Below the pieces are notes generated by a model that had not been told where the DNA came from, did not search any database, and was given only the letters and a program-made list of their open reading frames with translations. Below are positions 1-9,529 of a DNA stretch of 64,000 nucleotides, in pieces (the first letter of the stretch is position 1; each line of letters begins with the position of its first letter). Both the position numbers and the translations under genes were made by a program. Source of the stretch: Lentisphaerota bacterium (GTDB lineage: Bacteria > Verrucomicrobiota > Kiritimatiellia > UBA8416 > JABMPJ01); contig JABMPJ010000161.1 of assembly GCA_013203785.1 (NCBI GenBank), positions 10,449-74,448 of the forward strand, given 5' to 3'.

Positions 1-364
1 GCATGAGCGGGGCGACCGAGACATCGAAGGCACCGCCACTCATTTCAGCGTAGTGGATGGAGAGTCGAAGCATATCTCGCGTGGTGGTCGAGAGGGCCAC
101 CGGCTCACCTCCCGCCGCATCGTTGAGCTGAGAAATCTCACTAGCGTCGACATACGTACTGAGCCGCTGATTAAGGTCTTCAAAGACCTCTTTTGTCTGC
201 CGGACACAGGCCGCCAACTCCTCGGCACGACCGGCGCCCACACTGACAGAGGCAAAGGTGCCCATGGTGCTCCAGTGCTCAGAGAGAGGCGGGGAAGCGC
301 GACGACAGGAGAGGGAGAGGACGCAGAGGAGCACAATGGCCACTGAGCATCGAACATCGACCAT
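1..364 (-). CDS. apbE: ApbE-family FAD:protein FMN transferase, 5' part only; gene runs off the left window edge
   Basis: Not in the ORF track (no in-window stop). Minus strand from ATG at 364 (alternative ATG at 445, directly after the upstream TAG) reads MVDVRCSVAIVLLCVLSLSC (signal/lipoprotein-like) ...HWSTMGTFASVSVGAGRAEELAACVRQTKEVFEDLNQRLSTYVDASEISQLNDAAGGEPVALSTTTRDMLRLSIHYAEMSGGAFDVSVAPLM. The MGT..., S.ISqLN and GAFDvsvaPL blocks are the hallmark ApbE motifs. Same frame as the upstream ORF, separated by one stop. Confidence 0.55.
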   Translation of the reverse strand, partial: MVDVRCSVAIVLLCVLSLSCRRASPPLSEHWSTMGTFASVSVGAGRAEELAACVRQTKEVFEDLNQRLSTYVDASEISQLNDAAGGEPVALSTTTRDMLRLSIHYAEMSGGAFDVSVAPLM

Positions 365-445
365 CGAACGCCCAACATTGAAGTGGACCCGGAGAGACCG
401 TGAATCGATAGAGCGCCCCCTTTTCAATGTTCGATGTTCCTCCAT

Positions 446-1540
446 CTACGCTCCCGGTCTTGGGCCATACGCAGCGATGAACGCCTCATATCCGTCAGCC
501 GTTTGCGGCGTGGGATACGCTCCATGGAGGCGGTCGAAACAGTTGCGCGAGCGACGTGAGTCGCCCCGTGCATGGAGCATGAGGGTGGCACCGACGAGAA
601 AATTGGCATACGACTCCCTCACCCCAACACCCTCGTAGCGTGAGAGGGCATCTTCGTAGGCGCGCATCACGCCGGGCAAGAGGCGCGCGTCGGCCAGCAT
701 CGTGATGGTATCCCCGGGGCCCCAGGTGAGACGGCCCTTGACAAAGAGTTCAGCCATGGACTGGTAGATCATCCGACTGCACGGCAGATAGCCGTCGCTT
801 CCCGCGACCTGCAAACCGCGGTAAGCCCAGTAAACCGCATGCGACTGTGGCACGCGCCAGTCCAGCGGCCCATAGAGCGCATCGACCACCTGCATCCGGG
901 CGGGATCGAGCCCAAGGGCCTGGTGCAGCGCGAGGGTGCGGGCGGGGTCGCGGCTCAGCTCATCGTAGTCGGGCCGCCCGTTTCGTCCCAGCTGGTCTGC
1001 AACCAGATGGGCCCACTGAATCTTGTAGTACGCATGCAGCCGGTCCGACTCCCCACCCAGCTTGTGCTGAAAGAGCCAACCCAGCTCTTGGTAGATGCGC
1101 GGGTCGGAGGGGTTGTAACGCACGCCCTCGTCGCGCAACAGGTGAAGCCCCTGCTGAACCCAGCGCCAGCGATCTTCGGGCAGCGGCATCATGACGCTGA
1201 TGTTGTAGGCCAGATTCCAGGCGTGGAAGACCCATATGTCGGAGGTGTGCGGCTCCAGCTTAGTGATCCAGTCGGCCAACTGGACGAGCTCAAGAAAGCG
1301 CCCCTCGTCCTGAAGGTAGGAGGCGCGCAGCCAAAGCGCATCCGCGATGATACCGCGGAATCCACCCAAGACGACCGTCGTGAAGACCACCACCGGTGGC
1401 GCGCCGCTGAGCCCCTCCTGATCGGATACGGACGGCATACGCGCCTTGAGGAGCGGTTTGTGAAAGACCCCTGCTAAGACCAGCAGCGCAACGCCTGCGG
1501 ACAGAATCACCACCTCAGATCTATTCCCGTCTCTGCTCAT
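446..1540 (-). CDS. hypothetical membrane-anchored protein (N-terminal TM helix, large soluble domain)
   Basis: ORF 446..1651. Preferred start is internal M at 1540 (MSRDGNRSEVVILSAGVALLVLAGVF = single TM anchor). No family recognised. Confidence 0.45.
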   Translation of the reverse strand: MSRDGNRSEVVILSAGVALLVLAGVFHKPLLKARMPSVSDQEGLSGAPPVVVFTTVVLGGFRGIIADALWLRASYLQDEGRFLELVQLADWITKLEPHTSDIWVFHAWNLAYNISVMMPLPEDRWRWVQQGLHLLRDEGVRYNPSDPRIYQELGWLFQHKLGGESDRLHAYYKIQWAHLVADQLGRNGRPDYDELSRDPARTLALHQALGLDPARMQVVDALYGPLDWRVPQSHAVYWAYRGLQVAGSDGYLPCSRMIYQSMAELFVKGRLTWGPGDTITMLADARLLPGVMRAYEDALSRYEGVGVRESYANFLVGATLMLHARGDSRRSRNCFDRLHGAYPTPQTADGYEAFIAAYGPRPGA

Positions 1541-1577
1541 ATTGACATACAGCCTGTCCCTGACTCTTGACCACTGA

Positions 1578-2843
1578 TCACACGGGGAGCGCCCATTCGC
1601 GTCGGCGCAGCACAAGGCAGCCGGCCAGACAGAGTACACCGCCGTACCCAAGGATCAGGACGGCCGCGGCAGCCTGCACCTCGCGCCACGGGATGCGACG
1701 TCCCTCGGCGAGGCGCAGCCCCACGCGGTAGCGCAAGGTCGGTGCCATGGCCATGCGCACGGTTTCAGAGGCATGCGCCCCCACTCGCTCAATCCATGAA
1801 GGCCCCTCCTCTCCGCCGTGGTGGTGCTCGTGAGCCACGCGCTCGGGTGCGGTCGAAAACACAAAGAACTGTGCCAGGAGCGTGGCGACCACAAGCGCAA
1901 GCGACGCGAAGACCGCTACAGGAAACGTGAAGAGCGTTCCCGCCGTCACGCCCAAGGCCGCCAGTAGCGCCACGTGGCAGAATAGCAGCAACAACGCTCG
2001 CATCAGGTTAGCGCCAAAACCGCCCGTGGGAACCAGCAGCTCTACCTCGCGCTCAGGGTGAAACGTGGCCCCTGTCACTTGGCCAGCCGCATTGGGACGT
2101 TCTTCAAACAGAAGCTCGACCGGTTCGCCTCCGCGCAGCTGTGCGAGAGGGATCTTGAGCCGATTGACGCCATCCTGGTTGGCCGTGCAGTCTGACTCGA
2201 ACCAGATACGGCCATCCTCCCCCCGCAGCATCCAGTGCCCGATAACGGGGGGTTGGTCGCGCCAAGCAGACAGGAAGCGGTAGCTTAGCGTCGCCATGCC
2301 GGTGGCCCCTTCCGGTAACTCAGGGCAGGATAGACTCCAGCGGACGGGACGGTCACCAGGCGGTCCCAGGCGTCGGCCTTCCACCCACTCACGCGCCACG
2401 AGAACCTCTTCACGCACGGCGATGCCGTCTGGGGTACCGGCTACCGTACGGTGCTCTCCTATCCGCGCGGCCGCCCACATGAAGAGGCCCGCAGCGACGA
2501 GTTGCAACAGGACTACGGCGAGAATACCCATCCACTTTCCAAGCCACAGCTCAATGACGCGGACAGGCTTAACGACCACAAGGTGGATCCTACGGCTCTC
2601 AATCTCGGTCGCGAGTGAGCCGCAGGCCAGCCAGAGGGTCGCCATGCCCAGCACACTACCGACCGCACCCATGGCATAGGAGAGGAGTACCTGCAATCGG
2701 CCGGAGGCCGTGCCATCGCCCTGGATCGTTAGGGTGAATCCCACCAGCACCGTGAGCAGCAAACAGAAGAGGCTCACCACAAAGCGCGAGCGCACGGCCT
2801 GCCGAAACATCAGTCCGGCGATCCCAAAAATGCGATTATACAC
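1578..2843 (-). CDS. ABC-2 type transporter permease-like membrane protein (multi-TM with large extracytoplasmic loop)
   Basis: 421 aa. Hydrophobic N-terminal and C-terminal TM segments flank a soluble insert. It lies directly downstream of an ABC ATPase. Confidence 0.45.
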   Translation of the reverse strand: MYNRIFGIAGLMFRQAVRSRFVVSLFCLLLTVLVGFTLTIQGDGTASGRLQVLLSYAMGAVGSVLGMATLWLACGSLATEIESRRIHLVVVKPVRVIELWLGKWMGILAVVLLQLVAAGLFMWAAARIGEHRTVAGTPDGIAVREEVLVAREWVEGRRLGPPGDRPVRWSLSCPELPEGATGMATLSYRFLSAWRDQPPVIGHWMLRGEDGRIWFESDCTANQDGVNRLKIPLAQLRGGEPVELLFEERPNAAGQVTGATFHPEREVELLVPTGGFGANLMRALLLLFCHVALLAALGVTAGTLFTFPVAVFASLALVVATLLAQFFVFSTAPERVAHEHHHGGEEGPSWIERVGAHASETVRMAMAPTLRYRVGLRLAEGRRIPWREVQAAAAVLILGYGGVLCLAGCLVLRRREWALPV

Positions 2844-2857
2844 CGCTCATCCCCCGC

Positions 2858-3778
2858 TTACTTCTCAAGAAAGGCCGCCATCCTCGGCGTCGCCGCCTCG
2901 GGCGCGGCGCTGGCGCCGTTGGTTGCCTCCCTGACCACACGCACGAAGAATTCCTCCAGATTCATGGAGGGCCGCGACAGCTCTGCTTCGCAGTCGCAGG
3001 TCTCTCGAATCGTCTGCAACAGCCGCCGGGTGGTAGCCGCATCGAGGACGGGGAGATCGAGGGTCATACGGTCGGGAGTTGCCAGAAGATCGCGCAGGTT
3101 ACCGGCCGCGCGCGGCTTACCGTTGTACATAATCACAACCCGGTCGCAGATATGCTCCACATCGGCTAGAAGGTGCGAGGTCAGCAGAATGGTCGTGCCT
3201 TGGTCCGCCAGGGCGCGCAGCATCTCCTTGACCTGACGGCAGCCCATCGGATCGAGACCCGAGGTCGGCTCATCCAGAATCAACAGCTCCGGAGCATTGA
3301 GCAGGGCCTGCGCCAGGCCGAGACGGCGGGCCATACCCTTTGAAAATTCGCCTACGGCGCGATCGGCCGCCGCCGTCAGCCCCGTCATTTCAAGGAGCTG
3401 ATCGGTACGGGCCCGCCGCTCCCTGGCGGAAAGATCGAAAAGCCGACCATAGAAGAGGAGGGTCTCGCGAGGGGTCAGGTAACGGTAGAGATGGGAAACC
3501 TCGGGCAGGTAGCCGATCCGCCGGTGAACAGCCACATCACCGGGACGCCCCTCCATCAACCGGATGCTACCCTCGGTGGGATGCAACAGCCCAAGCAGCA
3601 ACTTGATCGTGGTGCTCTTGCCGGATCCATTGGGACCGAGCAATCCAAAGATCTCGCCCCGTCGCACCGAGAGATTGAGTCCGTCCACGGCGCGCACTTT
3701 GGGTCGCCGCCAGAAGTCGCAGAAGACCTTCGTCAGCTGAACCACTTCCAGTATCGTGCTATTTGCTTTCTCTTGCAT
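2858..3778 (-). CDS. ABC transporter ATP-binding protein
   Basis: Walker A GPNGSGKST, signature and Walker B LILDEPTSGLDP, Q-loop and H-loop present. 306 aa. Confidence 0.88.
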   Translation of the reverse strand: MQEKANSTILEVVQLTKVFCDFWRRPKVRAVDGLNLSVRRGEIFGLLGPNGSGKSTTIKLLLGLLHPTEGSIRLMEGRPGDVAVHRRIGYLPEVSHLYRYLTPRETLLFYGRLFDLSARERRARTDQLLEMTGLTAAADRAVGEFSKGMARRLGLAQALLNAPELLILDEPTSGLDPMGCRQVKEMLRALADQGTTILLTSHLLADVEHICDRVVIMYNGKPRAAGNLRDLLATPDRMTLDLPVLDAATTRRLLQTIRETCDCEAELSRPSMNLEEFFVRVVREATNGASAAPEAATPRMAAFLEK

Positions 3779-3783
3779 AACGT

Positions 3784-4767
3784 CTACACATCCTTCTGTC
3801 GAAACAGGACTGTACCGAGACAGAGCAGCGCACTCGCATAGACCAGGGCATAGAGGGCCGCCAATCCCATGTAGCCGCCGGTGATAGATCCACCCGCATT
3901 AAGCTGATCACACACCCAGAAATGCTGCCAATTGGGTACCGCCGAATAGAGCAGACCGGCCCAGAGCGACTCGGTGGCGTGGAGGCCAAAGAGGTAGTCA
4001 CTCATCATACCCAATGCGAACACCGCGCTACAGCTCGCCAGCGTGGGGACCATTCCCACGACGGTGGAGAGTGTCATGGCCAGGGAGGACATCACCACCA
4101 AGCCCAGCGTGATTAGAACGGAAACCGGTACGAGGCGCCAATCGAGCCTCGTCGCAAAAGGAGCCCACTGACCGGTCCGATCAAAACAGGACGCCAGTAC
4201 AACGCACAGAAGCAGGCCGCCCAGAAGCGCCGTCGTGGTGACCGAGCCAAAGGGGCGCTGCCGCTTGTAGTTCACGACAGCACCCACCACGCATGCCGCG
4301 ACCATGACGGCAATCAGGAGGGCACCGGTCTGGCCATCGGTCACAAAGCCCGCTACACCGTCACGGTTAACAAAACGCTCGGCCACCCGTTCGGCGAGCA
4401 GCGTCGTGAGTCCGGCACAGAGGGAAAAGACCCCGACCACACCGACCACACCAACGAATTTGGAGAGAAAGAAGCAGTCGCGACTGACCGGCTTACTGAG
4501 TACGACCAGCGCTGTACCGCTCTCGAGCTCGCGTGACAGCGCGGTGGTTGCGGCATAGCCCGCGACAAAGACACCGAAGACCGCGTGCAGCGCAAAGGCG
4601 CTGTCCCGGACCAGTTTTCCATCTTCGCCGAAGCGATGCAGGATCAGGAACGGAAGCAGCGCCGTTAACGTGCTAGAGACCAGAATCAGGAGTAGACAGA
4701 CGGGCTGTCGCAGGGCTTCCAACGCTGTGAGCCCTGCCAACGCGACCGCCTGTCTCAAGCGGAACAT
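3784..4767 (-). CDS. ABC-2 type transporter permease
   Basis: 327 aa polytopic membrane protein immediately upstream of the ABC ATPase. Its start overlaps the pnp stop by 1 nt. Confidence 0.55.
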   Translation of the reverse strand: MFRLRQAVALAGLTALEALRQPVCLLLILVSSTLTALLPFLILHRFGEDGKLVRDSAFALHAVFGVFVAGYAATTALSRELESGTALVVLSKPVSRDCFFLSKFVGVVGVVGVFSLCAGLTTLLAERVAERFVNRDGVAGFVTDGQTGALLIAVMVAACVVGAVVNYKRQRPFGSVTTTALLGGLLLCVVLASCFDRTGQWAPFATRLDWRLVPVSVLITLGLVVMSSLAMTLSTVVGMVPTLASCSAVFALGMMSDYLFGLHATESLWAGLLYSAVPNWQHFWVCDQLNAGGSITGGYMGLAALYALVYASALLCLGTVLFRQKDV

Positions 4768-6878
4768 CAGCCCTCGCTCGCGACCTGTTCGTCCTTATCG
4801 CGCATGGCCTCTTTGCGGCTGAGTTTGATGCGGCCGCGGTCGTCAACACCGACGCACTTAACCCACATCTGATCACCCACCTTGCAGATATCCTCGACGC
4901 TACCAACGCGGAAGTCGGCCAGCTCGCTGATATGCACCAGACCATCCATCCCGGGAAAGATTTCGACGAAGGCACCGAATTCTTTCACGCCCGATACGCG
5001 GCCGTCGTAGATGGTCCCAACCTCAGCTTCGGCCGTAACCATCTCCACTTCGCGAACCGCTTGCTTCAGGGCTTCGGCGTTGGTGGCGAAGATGCTGACG
5101 GTGCCGTCCTCTTCGATATCGATCTGGGCTCCGGTCAGCTCGGTGATACGGCGAATATTCTTGCCCCCCGGGCCGATCAGCTCGCCAATCTTATCAACCG
5201 GAATGGTGACCTGCGAGATGCGCGGCGCGTGCTCACTCATCTCTTCACGGGGAGCCGAAATGACCCCCTCCATGAACTCGATCAGCTCGATGCGGGTCTT
5301 GCGAGCCAGTGCGAAGGCACCTTCGACGAGGTCCCAGCGCAAGCCGGGAATCTTCATATCAACCTGAAACCCGGTGATACCATCACGGGTACCGGCCACT
5401 TTGAAGTCCATGTCACCACAGTGATCCTCTGAGCCGATGATATCGGTCACCAGCTCGGCCCTATCGCCATCGGAGAAGAGACCAATCGAGATGCCCGCTA
5501 CGGGCCGCTTGATGGGCACGCCGGCATCCATCAGGGTCAGCGTACCGACACAGACGCTCGCCATTGAGGAGGAGCCGTTCGAGCCCATGATGTCGGACAC
5601 CAGACGGACCGTGTAGGGGTAATCATCCGGAAGCACATGCGCAAGTGAGCGCTCCGTCAGTGCCCCGTGGCCGATCTCGCGCCGACCGGTGAATCCCAGA
5701 CGTCCGGCTTCGCCAACGCTGTAGGGCGGGAAGTTGTAGTGCACCATGAAGCTCTTCGAAGCGATGCCGCCGGTGATCGCGTCGGTGCGCTGAATGTCGG
5801 ACTTGGTGCCCAGTGTCAGACTGCCCAATGCCTGCGTCTCGCCGCGGGAGAAGAGAGCCGAACCGTGCGTACGGGGCAGGACCGATACTTCTGCTTCGAG
5901 TGAACGGAGCTGATCGAAGCCGCGGCCATCCATGCGCTTGCCCTCGTTGAGGGCGAGGTCACGCACCGTCTCAATCTCGAAATCGTCGAATGTGGCGCGA
6001 TACTCCTCGGTCGTCATCTCCGGGAACTTCGCGAGCATGCCGGCTTCGAGGTCGGTCTTAACCGCGCTGACTTTGTCCTGGCGATCAAGCTTATCGGCGA
6101 TGCCAAGGGCCTCGGTCATGGCGGTGCGGCCCAGTTCACGCATGGCGACCAGCATGGGGGTCTCGGTTTCGGCGACCTCGATCACCTTCTCGGGCAGTCC
6201 GAGCTTGCTGCGTAGTTCGATCTGGGCAGCAATGATCTTCTCACAGGCGACCTGACCAAATCTCATGGCCGCGACAAGATCGGCTTCGCTGGCTTCTTTG
6301 CAGTCACCCTCAATCATCATGGGCAGCTCTTGCTTGCCGCAGTAGACGAGGTCTATATCACTCTTGGCGCGCTCCTCGTGGGTCGGATTGATGATGAACT
6401 CACCATCCACGCGACCAACGCGTACCCCAGCGATCGGGCCCATGAACGGAATGTCGGAGAGCGTCAGCGAAGCGCTCGATGCAACAATGCTGAGCATATC
6501 GGAATCATTCACCCCGTCTGCGGAGAGCAGCATGTTGTTGATCTGTACATCGTTGTGATAGCCCTTGGGAAAGAGAGGGCGAATCGGGCGGTCGGTTATA
6601 CGTGAGGTCAGAATCTCTTTCTCGGCCGGACGCGTCTCGCGCTTGAAGAAACCACCGGGAAAGCGGCCAGCGGCATAGAATTTCTCACGGTACTCGACCT
6701 GAAGAGGGAAGTAGTCGATACCTTCGCGCGGCTTGCTGCTGCACGTGACGGCAGAAAACAGGATTGTGTCGGCTAGGCGAACGGTGACGGCACCGGCGGC
6801 CTGATGGGCCATACGGCCGGTTTCGATGGTCAGGGTCTTACCTCCGATATCGACGGAGACGGACTGGATGTTACTCAT
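4767..6878 (-). CDS. pnp: polynucleotide phosphorylase / polyadenylase
   Basis: 703 aa. Starts [31 protein letters not shown]. Two RNase PH domains, then KH ([12 protein letters not shown]) and S1 C-terminal domains. Confidence 0.96.
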   Translation of the reverse strand: MSNIQSVSVDIGGKTLTIETGRMAHQAAGAVTVRLADTILFSAVTCSSKPREGIDYFPLQVEYREKFYAAGRFPGGFFKRETRPAEKEILTSRITDRPIRPLFPKGYHNDVQINNMLLSADGVNDSDMLSIVASSASLTLSDIPFMGPIAGVRVGRVDGEFIINPTHEERAKSDIDLVYCGKQELPMMIEGDCKEASEADLVAAMRFGQVACEKIIAAQIELRSKLGLPEKVIEVAETETPMLVAMRELGRTAMTEALGIADKLDRQDKVSAVKTDLEAGMLAKFPEMTTEEYRATFDDFEIETVRDLALNEGKRMDGRGFDQLRSLEAEVSVLPRTHGSALFSRGETQALGSLTLGTKSDIQRTDAITGGIASKSFMVHYNFPPYSVGEAGRLGFTGRREIGHGALTERSLAHVLPDDYPYTVRLVSDIMGSNGSSSMASVCVGTLTLMDAGVPIKRPVAGISIGLFSDGDRAELVTDIIGSEDHCGDMDFKVAGTRDGITGFQVDMKIPGLRWDLVEGAFALARKTRIELIEFMEGVISAPREEMSEHAPRISQVTIPVDKIGELIGPGGKNIRRITELTGAQIDIEEDGTVSIFATNAEALKQAVREVEMVTAEAEVGTIYDGRVSGVKEFGAFVEIFPGMDGLVHISELADFRVGSVEDICKVGDQMWVKCVGVDDRGRIKLSRKEAMRDKDEQVASEG

Positions 6879-6893
6879 GACTTCCTTTCTGGC

Positions 6894-6910
6894 GCGGCCT
6901 TTCGGGCCGC
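6894..6910 (-). promoter_or_regulatory. stem-loop GCGGCC-CGAAA-GGCCGC in the pnp 5' leader, 16 nt upstream of ATG
   Basis: Perfect 6-bp GC stem seen directly. By analogy with the RNase III-processed hairpin that autoregulates pnp in enterobacteria (analogy only). Confidence 0.3.
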
Positions 6911-7016
6911 TTTTCCTCTTTGACGTTCAGGCGTATGTGAGAGAAACCTCATGCGTGCTGGCCGGTCGTCGGTAAGCCCCCGCCCGAGCGAGGTGCAGGA
7001 GTGCGGTAGTGAGAAA

Positions 7017-7280
7017 CTACCGGCGGATACCCAGCTCCTTAATGAGCGACTGGTATCGGTCACTATCCTGAGATTTCAGATAATCCAGCAACCGCCTACG
7101 CTGACTGACCATTTTGATCAGTCCGTAGCGGGAGCTGTGATCCTTCTTGTGCGTCTTCAGGTGCTCGGTGAGCAACGAGATTTTGCTGGTCAAGATCGCG
7201 ATCTGAACGTCTGAAGAACCGGTATCACCTTCGTGACGCTGGAACTTCTCTTGGATAGCGGCTTTGTCGATTTGGCTCAT
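7017..7280 (-). CDS. rpsO: 30S ribosomal protein S15
   Basis: 87 aa. Starts [54 protein letters not shown]. Confidence 0.96.
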   Translation of the reverse strand: MSQIDKAAIQEKFQRHEGDTGSSDVQIAILTSKISLLTEHLKTHKKDHSSRYGLIKMVSQRRRLLDYLKSQDSDRYQSLIKELGIRR

Positions 7281-7336
7281 ACGCCGAACTTCTTCCTCTT
7301 CTCTTTTCTTTACTTCTTTTTCTCTATCGGGGTCGG

Positions 7337-7366
7337 ACTATAGTACGCGCCGACGTTGAGTGTAAA
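7337..7366 (-). promoter_or_regulatory. putative sigma70-type promoter for rpsO (TTTACA - 18 nt - TATAGT)
   Basis: Read on minus strand. -35 is RC of 7361-7366, -10 is RC of 7337-7342, about 50 nt upstream of the rpsO ATG. Confidence 0.3.
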
Positions 7367-7404
7367 GGTATTCTTTGCCATTTTTTCGGGGTCGCGAGAC
7401 GCGA

Positions 7405-8334
7405 TCAGCGCTGCGGCATGACGACCGCTTCAATGTCCTTGGCAATCTGTCTCTTGAGGGCCTCGATGCTGCCGAAGCGGCGCTCGCCGCGCAGCCGCTT
7501 CACGAGGTCCACCTCGATATCCTTTCCGTACAGGTTGGCACTCAACCCAGGCACATGCAGCTCCAGTTCACGCTGTTTGTCGGGGTTGTCGTTGAAGGTG
7601 GAGCGGTGACCATAGTAGAGCGCGGCCGGGTAGCGAGTGCGTCCAATCGTGGCCTCCACCACGTAGATGCCGGGCGGGGGTAAGACCTCGTTGTGGGGAT
7701 CGAGATTGGCGGTTGGAAAGCCCAGTTGACGGCCAATACCGTGACCGCGCTTGACCGTGCCCAGGATGCTGAAGCGCCGCCCCAGCAGCACGGCGGCACC
7801 ATCCAGATCGCCAGCTGCAACGGCCGCACGCACGCGCGTACTGGAGACGGGCTCCCCTCCACGCAGCACAGGCGTGGTGGCCGACACGCTAAAATCAAGC
7901 TCGCGACCAAGCTGCCGCAGCAGGGCCACATCCCCACGGCCGTTCTTACCAAAGTGCCAGTTGCACCCCACGTGCATATCGGCCAGGCGAGGAATCGAAC
8001 GTTTCAGCTGTCTGACAAAATCCTCCGGGGGAGTCGCGGCAAATCGACGCGTGAAGGAGAGCAGCAGGCACCCCTCCACGCCGAGACGACGCAACAGTTC
8101 AAGGCGATGGGGTGTGGAGGTGAGCAGACGTGGAGCCTTGTGGTGGCCCAGAACGCGCATGGGATGCTGGTCAAAAGTCAGAACCCAGACCTTGCCGCCC
8201 AGTTTTTCGGCGGCCGCCCGACTACGCTCAATGACTTTAAGGTGGCCGAGATGGAGTCCGTCAAAGAAACCGGCCGCCAGCACGATCGGGCTCCGCTTGT
8301 GGCGCAGGGCATCCATATGAGAGACAGTGATCAT
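7405..8334 (-). CDS. ribF: bifunctional riboflavin kinase / FAD synthetase
   Basis: 309 aa. N-terminal adenylyltransferase (AAGFFDGLHLGH) and C-terminal riboflavin kinase domain. Confidence 0.9.
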   Translation of the reverse strand: MITVSHMDALRHKRSPIVLAAGFFDGLHLGHLKVIERSRAAAEKLGGKVWVLTFDQHPMRVLGHHKAPRLLTSTPHRLELLRRLGVEGCLLLSFTRRFAATPPEDFVRQLKRSIPRLADMHVGCNWHFGKNGRGDVALLRQLGRELDFSVSATTPVLRGGEPVSSTRVRAAVAAGDLDGAAVLLGRRFSILGTVKRGHGIGRQLGFPTANLDPHNEVLPPPGIYVVEATIGRTRYPAALYYGHRSTFNDNPDKQRELELHVPGLSANLYGKDIEVDLVKRLRGERRFGSIEALKRQIAKDIEAVVMPQR

Positions 8335-8336
8335 AG

Positions 8337-9116
8337 TCAGCTATTGGACGTGGCGGCGACGAAACGAGCGAGCGGCAGGACGACCTTTTTGAGGGCGTCT
8401 TCGTCCATCTCCATGACGGCGTCGAATGGCCTAGCATCTTCCAGCTTCAACGGCCCCGATCCGGTTCGCCGCAAGGCCGAGAGATGAGCCCCGCATTCCA
8501 GGTCAGCCCCGACATCAGCACAGAGCGTACGGACATAGGTGCCCTTTGTACAATCGACATGAAAGCTAATCTGAGGCAACGCGCACTCTGTGATATCGAA
8601 GCGGTAGACATGGATGAAGCGAGCCTTGCGCTCAATGGTCTCACCTTGGCGCGCCGACTTGTAGAGCGGCACACCCTTGATTTTGACGGCGGAGACCATG
8701 GGCGGGGTCTGCATCATATCGCCCACATAGCGCTGCATGGCCTCAGCGGCCCGCTCGCAGGTCACGCCGCGCCACTCCCGCTCACGCGTCACCTCGCCAT
8801 CGGCATCCTGGGAATTGGTCTCGATGCCCAGAGTCATGGTGCCGTCATAGGCCTTGTCGCCGCTCATAAAGACGCTCGAAAGCTTGGTCCCCTTGCCCAA
8901 CAGGATGACCAGTAGACCGGTGGCCTGCGGATCAAGTGTGCCACCATGCCCGACCTTCCCGATATTGAAGTGCTTGCGAATGGCGGCCACGATGTCGTGA
9001 GAGGTGGGCCCGGCCGGCTTGTCCACCAGCAGGACGCCATCCAGGGAAGAGGCCTCACGTGGCGGGGCAGGACTCCTGTAGCGTGGGTCGGGACCTTTGG
9101 GCTTGGGTATGCTCAT
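8337..9116 (-). CDS. truB: tRNA pseudouridine(55) synthase
   Basis: LLVDKPAGPTSHDIV...GHGGTLDPQATGLLVILLGKGTKL, with catalytic Asp motif. Confidence 0.92.
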   Translation of the reverse strand: MSIPKPKGPDPRYRSPAPPREASSLDGVLLVDKPAGPTSHDIVAAIRKHFNIGKVGHGGTLDPQATGLLVILLGKGTKLSSVFMSGDKAYDGTMTLGIETNSQDADGEVTREREWRGVTCERAAEAMQRYVGDMMQTPPMVSAVKIKGVPLYKSARQGETIERKARFIHVYRFDITECALPQISFHVDCTKGTYVRTLCADVGADLECGAHLSALRRTGSGPLKLEDARPFDAVMEMDEDALKKVVLPLARFVAATSNS

Positions 9117-9529
9117 ACGGGGGGCTCCTCATCCGCGTCCTCGATGACCTTGTAGGGGTCGTAGGGCGGAATAGTGTGTTCATCTTCCATCGATTGGAGA
9201 AGTCCGAGCACATGGTCGCCCTGCTCCACCGACGTATCCAGATGGAAATCGAGGCGCGGCGTGAACTTCAGCTTCACGTTGTGGTTGATCCACTGCTGTA
9301 TCTCCACGCGATGGTTGCGGATTTCACGCAGGATAGTGCCGCGCTCATGTTCGTGACCCAGGATGGAGATCATCACACGCGCATAGCGCAGGTTGCGACT
9401 GGTCGTGACATGCGTCACGGTCAGGGCGGCCATATCCACGCGCCCCTCGGGCGGCAGGATTTTGTAGAATGCGGCCGCGATCTCACGCTTGAGTAGTTCG
9501 TTCACCCGCGTAATACGATCAATACTCAT
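9113..9529 (-). CDS. rbfA: ribosome-binding factor A
   Basis: 138 aa. RVNELLKREIAAAFYK...VTHVTTSRNLRYARVMISI, KH-like RbfA fold. Overlaps the truB start by 4 nt. Confidence 0.9.
   Translation of the reverse strand: MSIDRITRVNELLKREIAAAFYKILPPEGRVDMAALTVTHVTTSRNLRYARVMISILGHEHERGTILREIRNHRVEIQQWINHNVKLKFTPRLDFHLDTSVEQGDHVLGLLQSMEDEHTIPPYDPYKVIEDADEEPPV

Noticed and set aside
40-638. ORF-track frames 40..378 (-), 53..346 (+), 258..638 (+) at the left edge
   Set aside because: Superseded by the hand-recovered ApbE frame on the minus strand (1..364), which shows family-specific motifs. The listed ORFs are out-of-frame shadows.
7381-7404. TCGCG-AGA-CGCGA hairpin after the ribF stop, as a candidate intrinsic terminator
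   Set aside because: The stem is only 5 bp and, on the transcribed (minus) strand, is followed by an A-tract rather than a U-tract. It does not meet intrinsic-terminator criteria.
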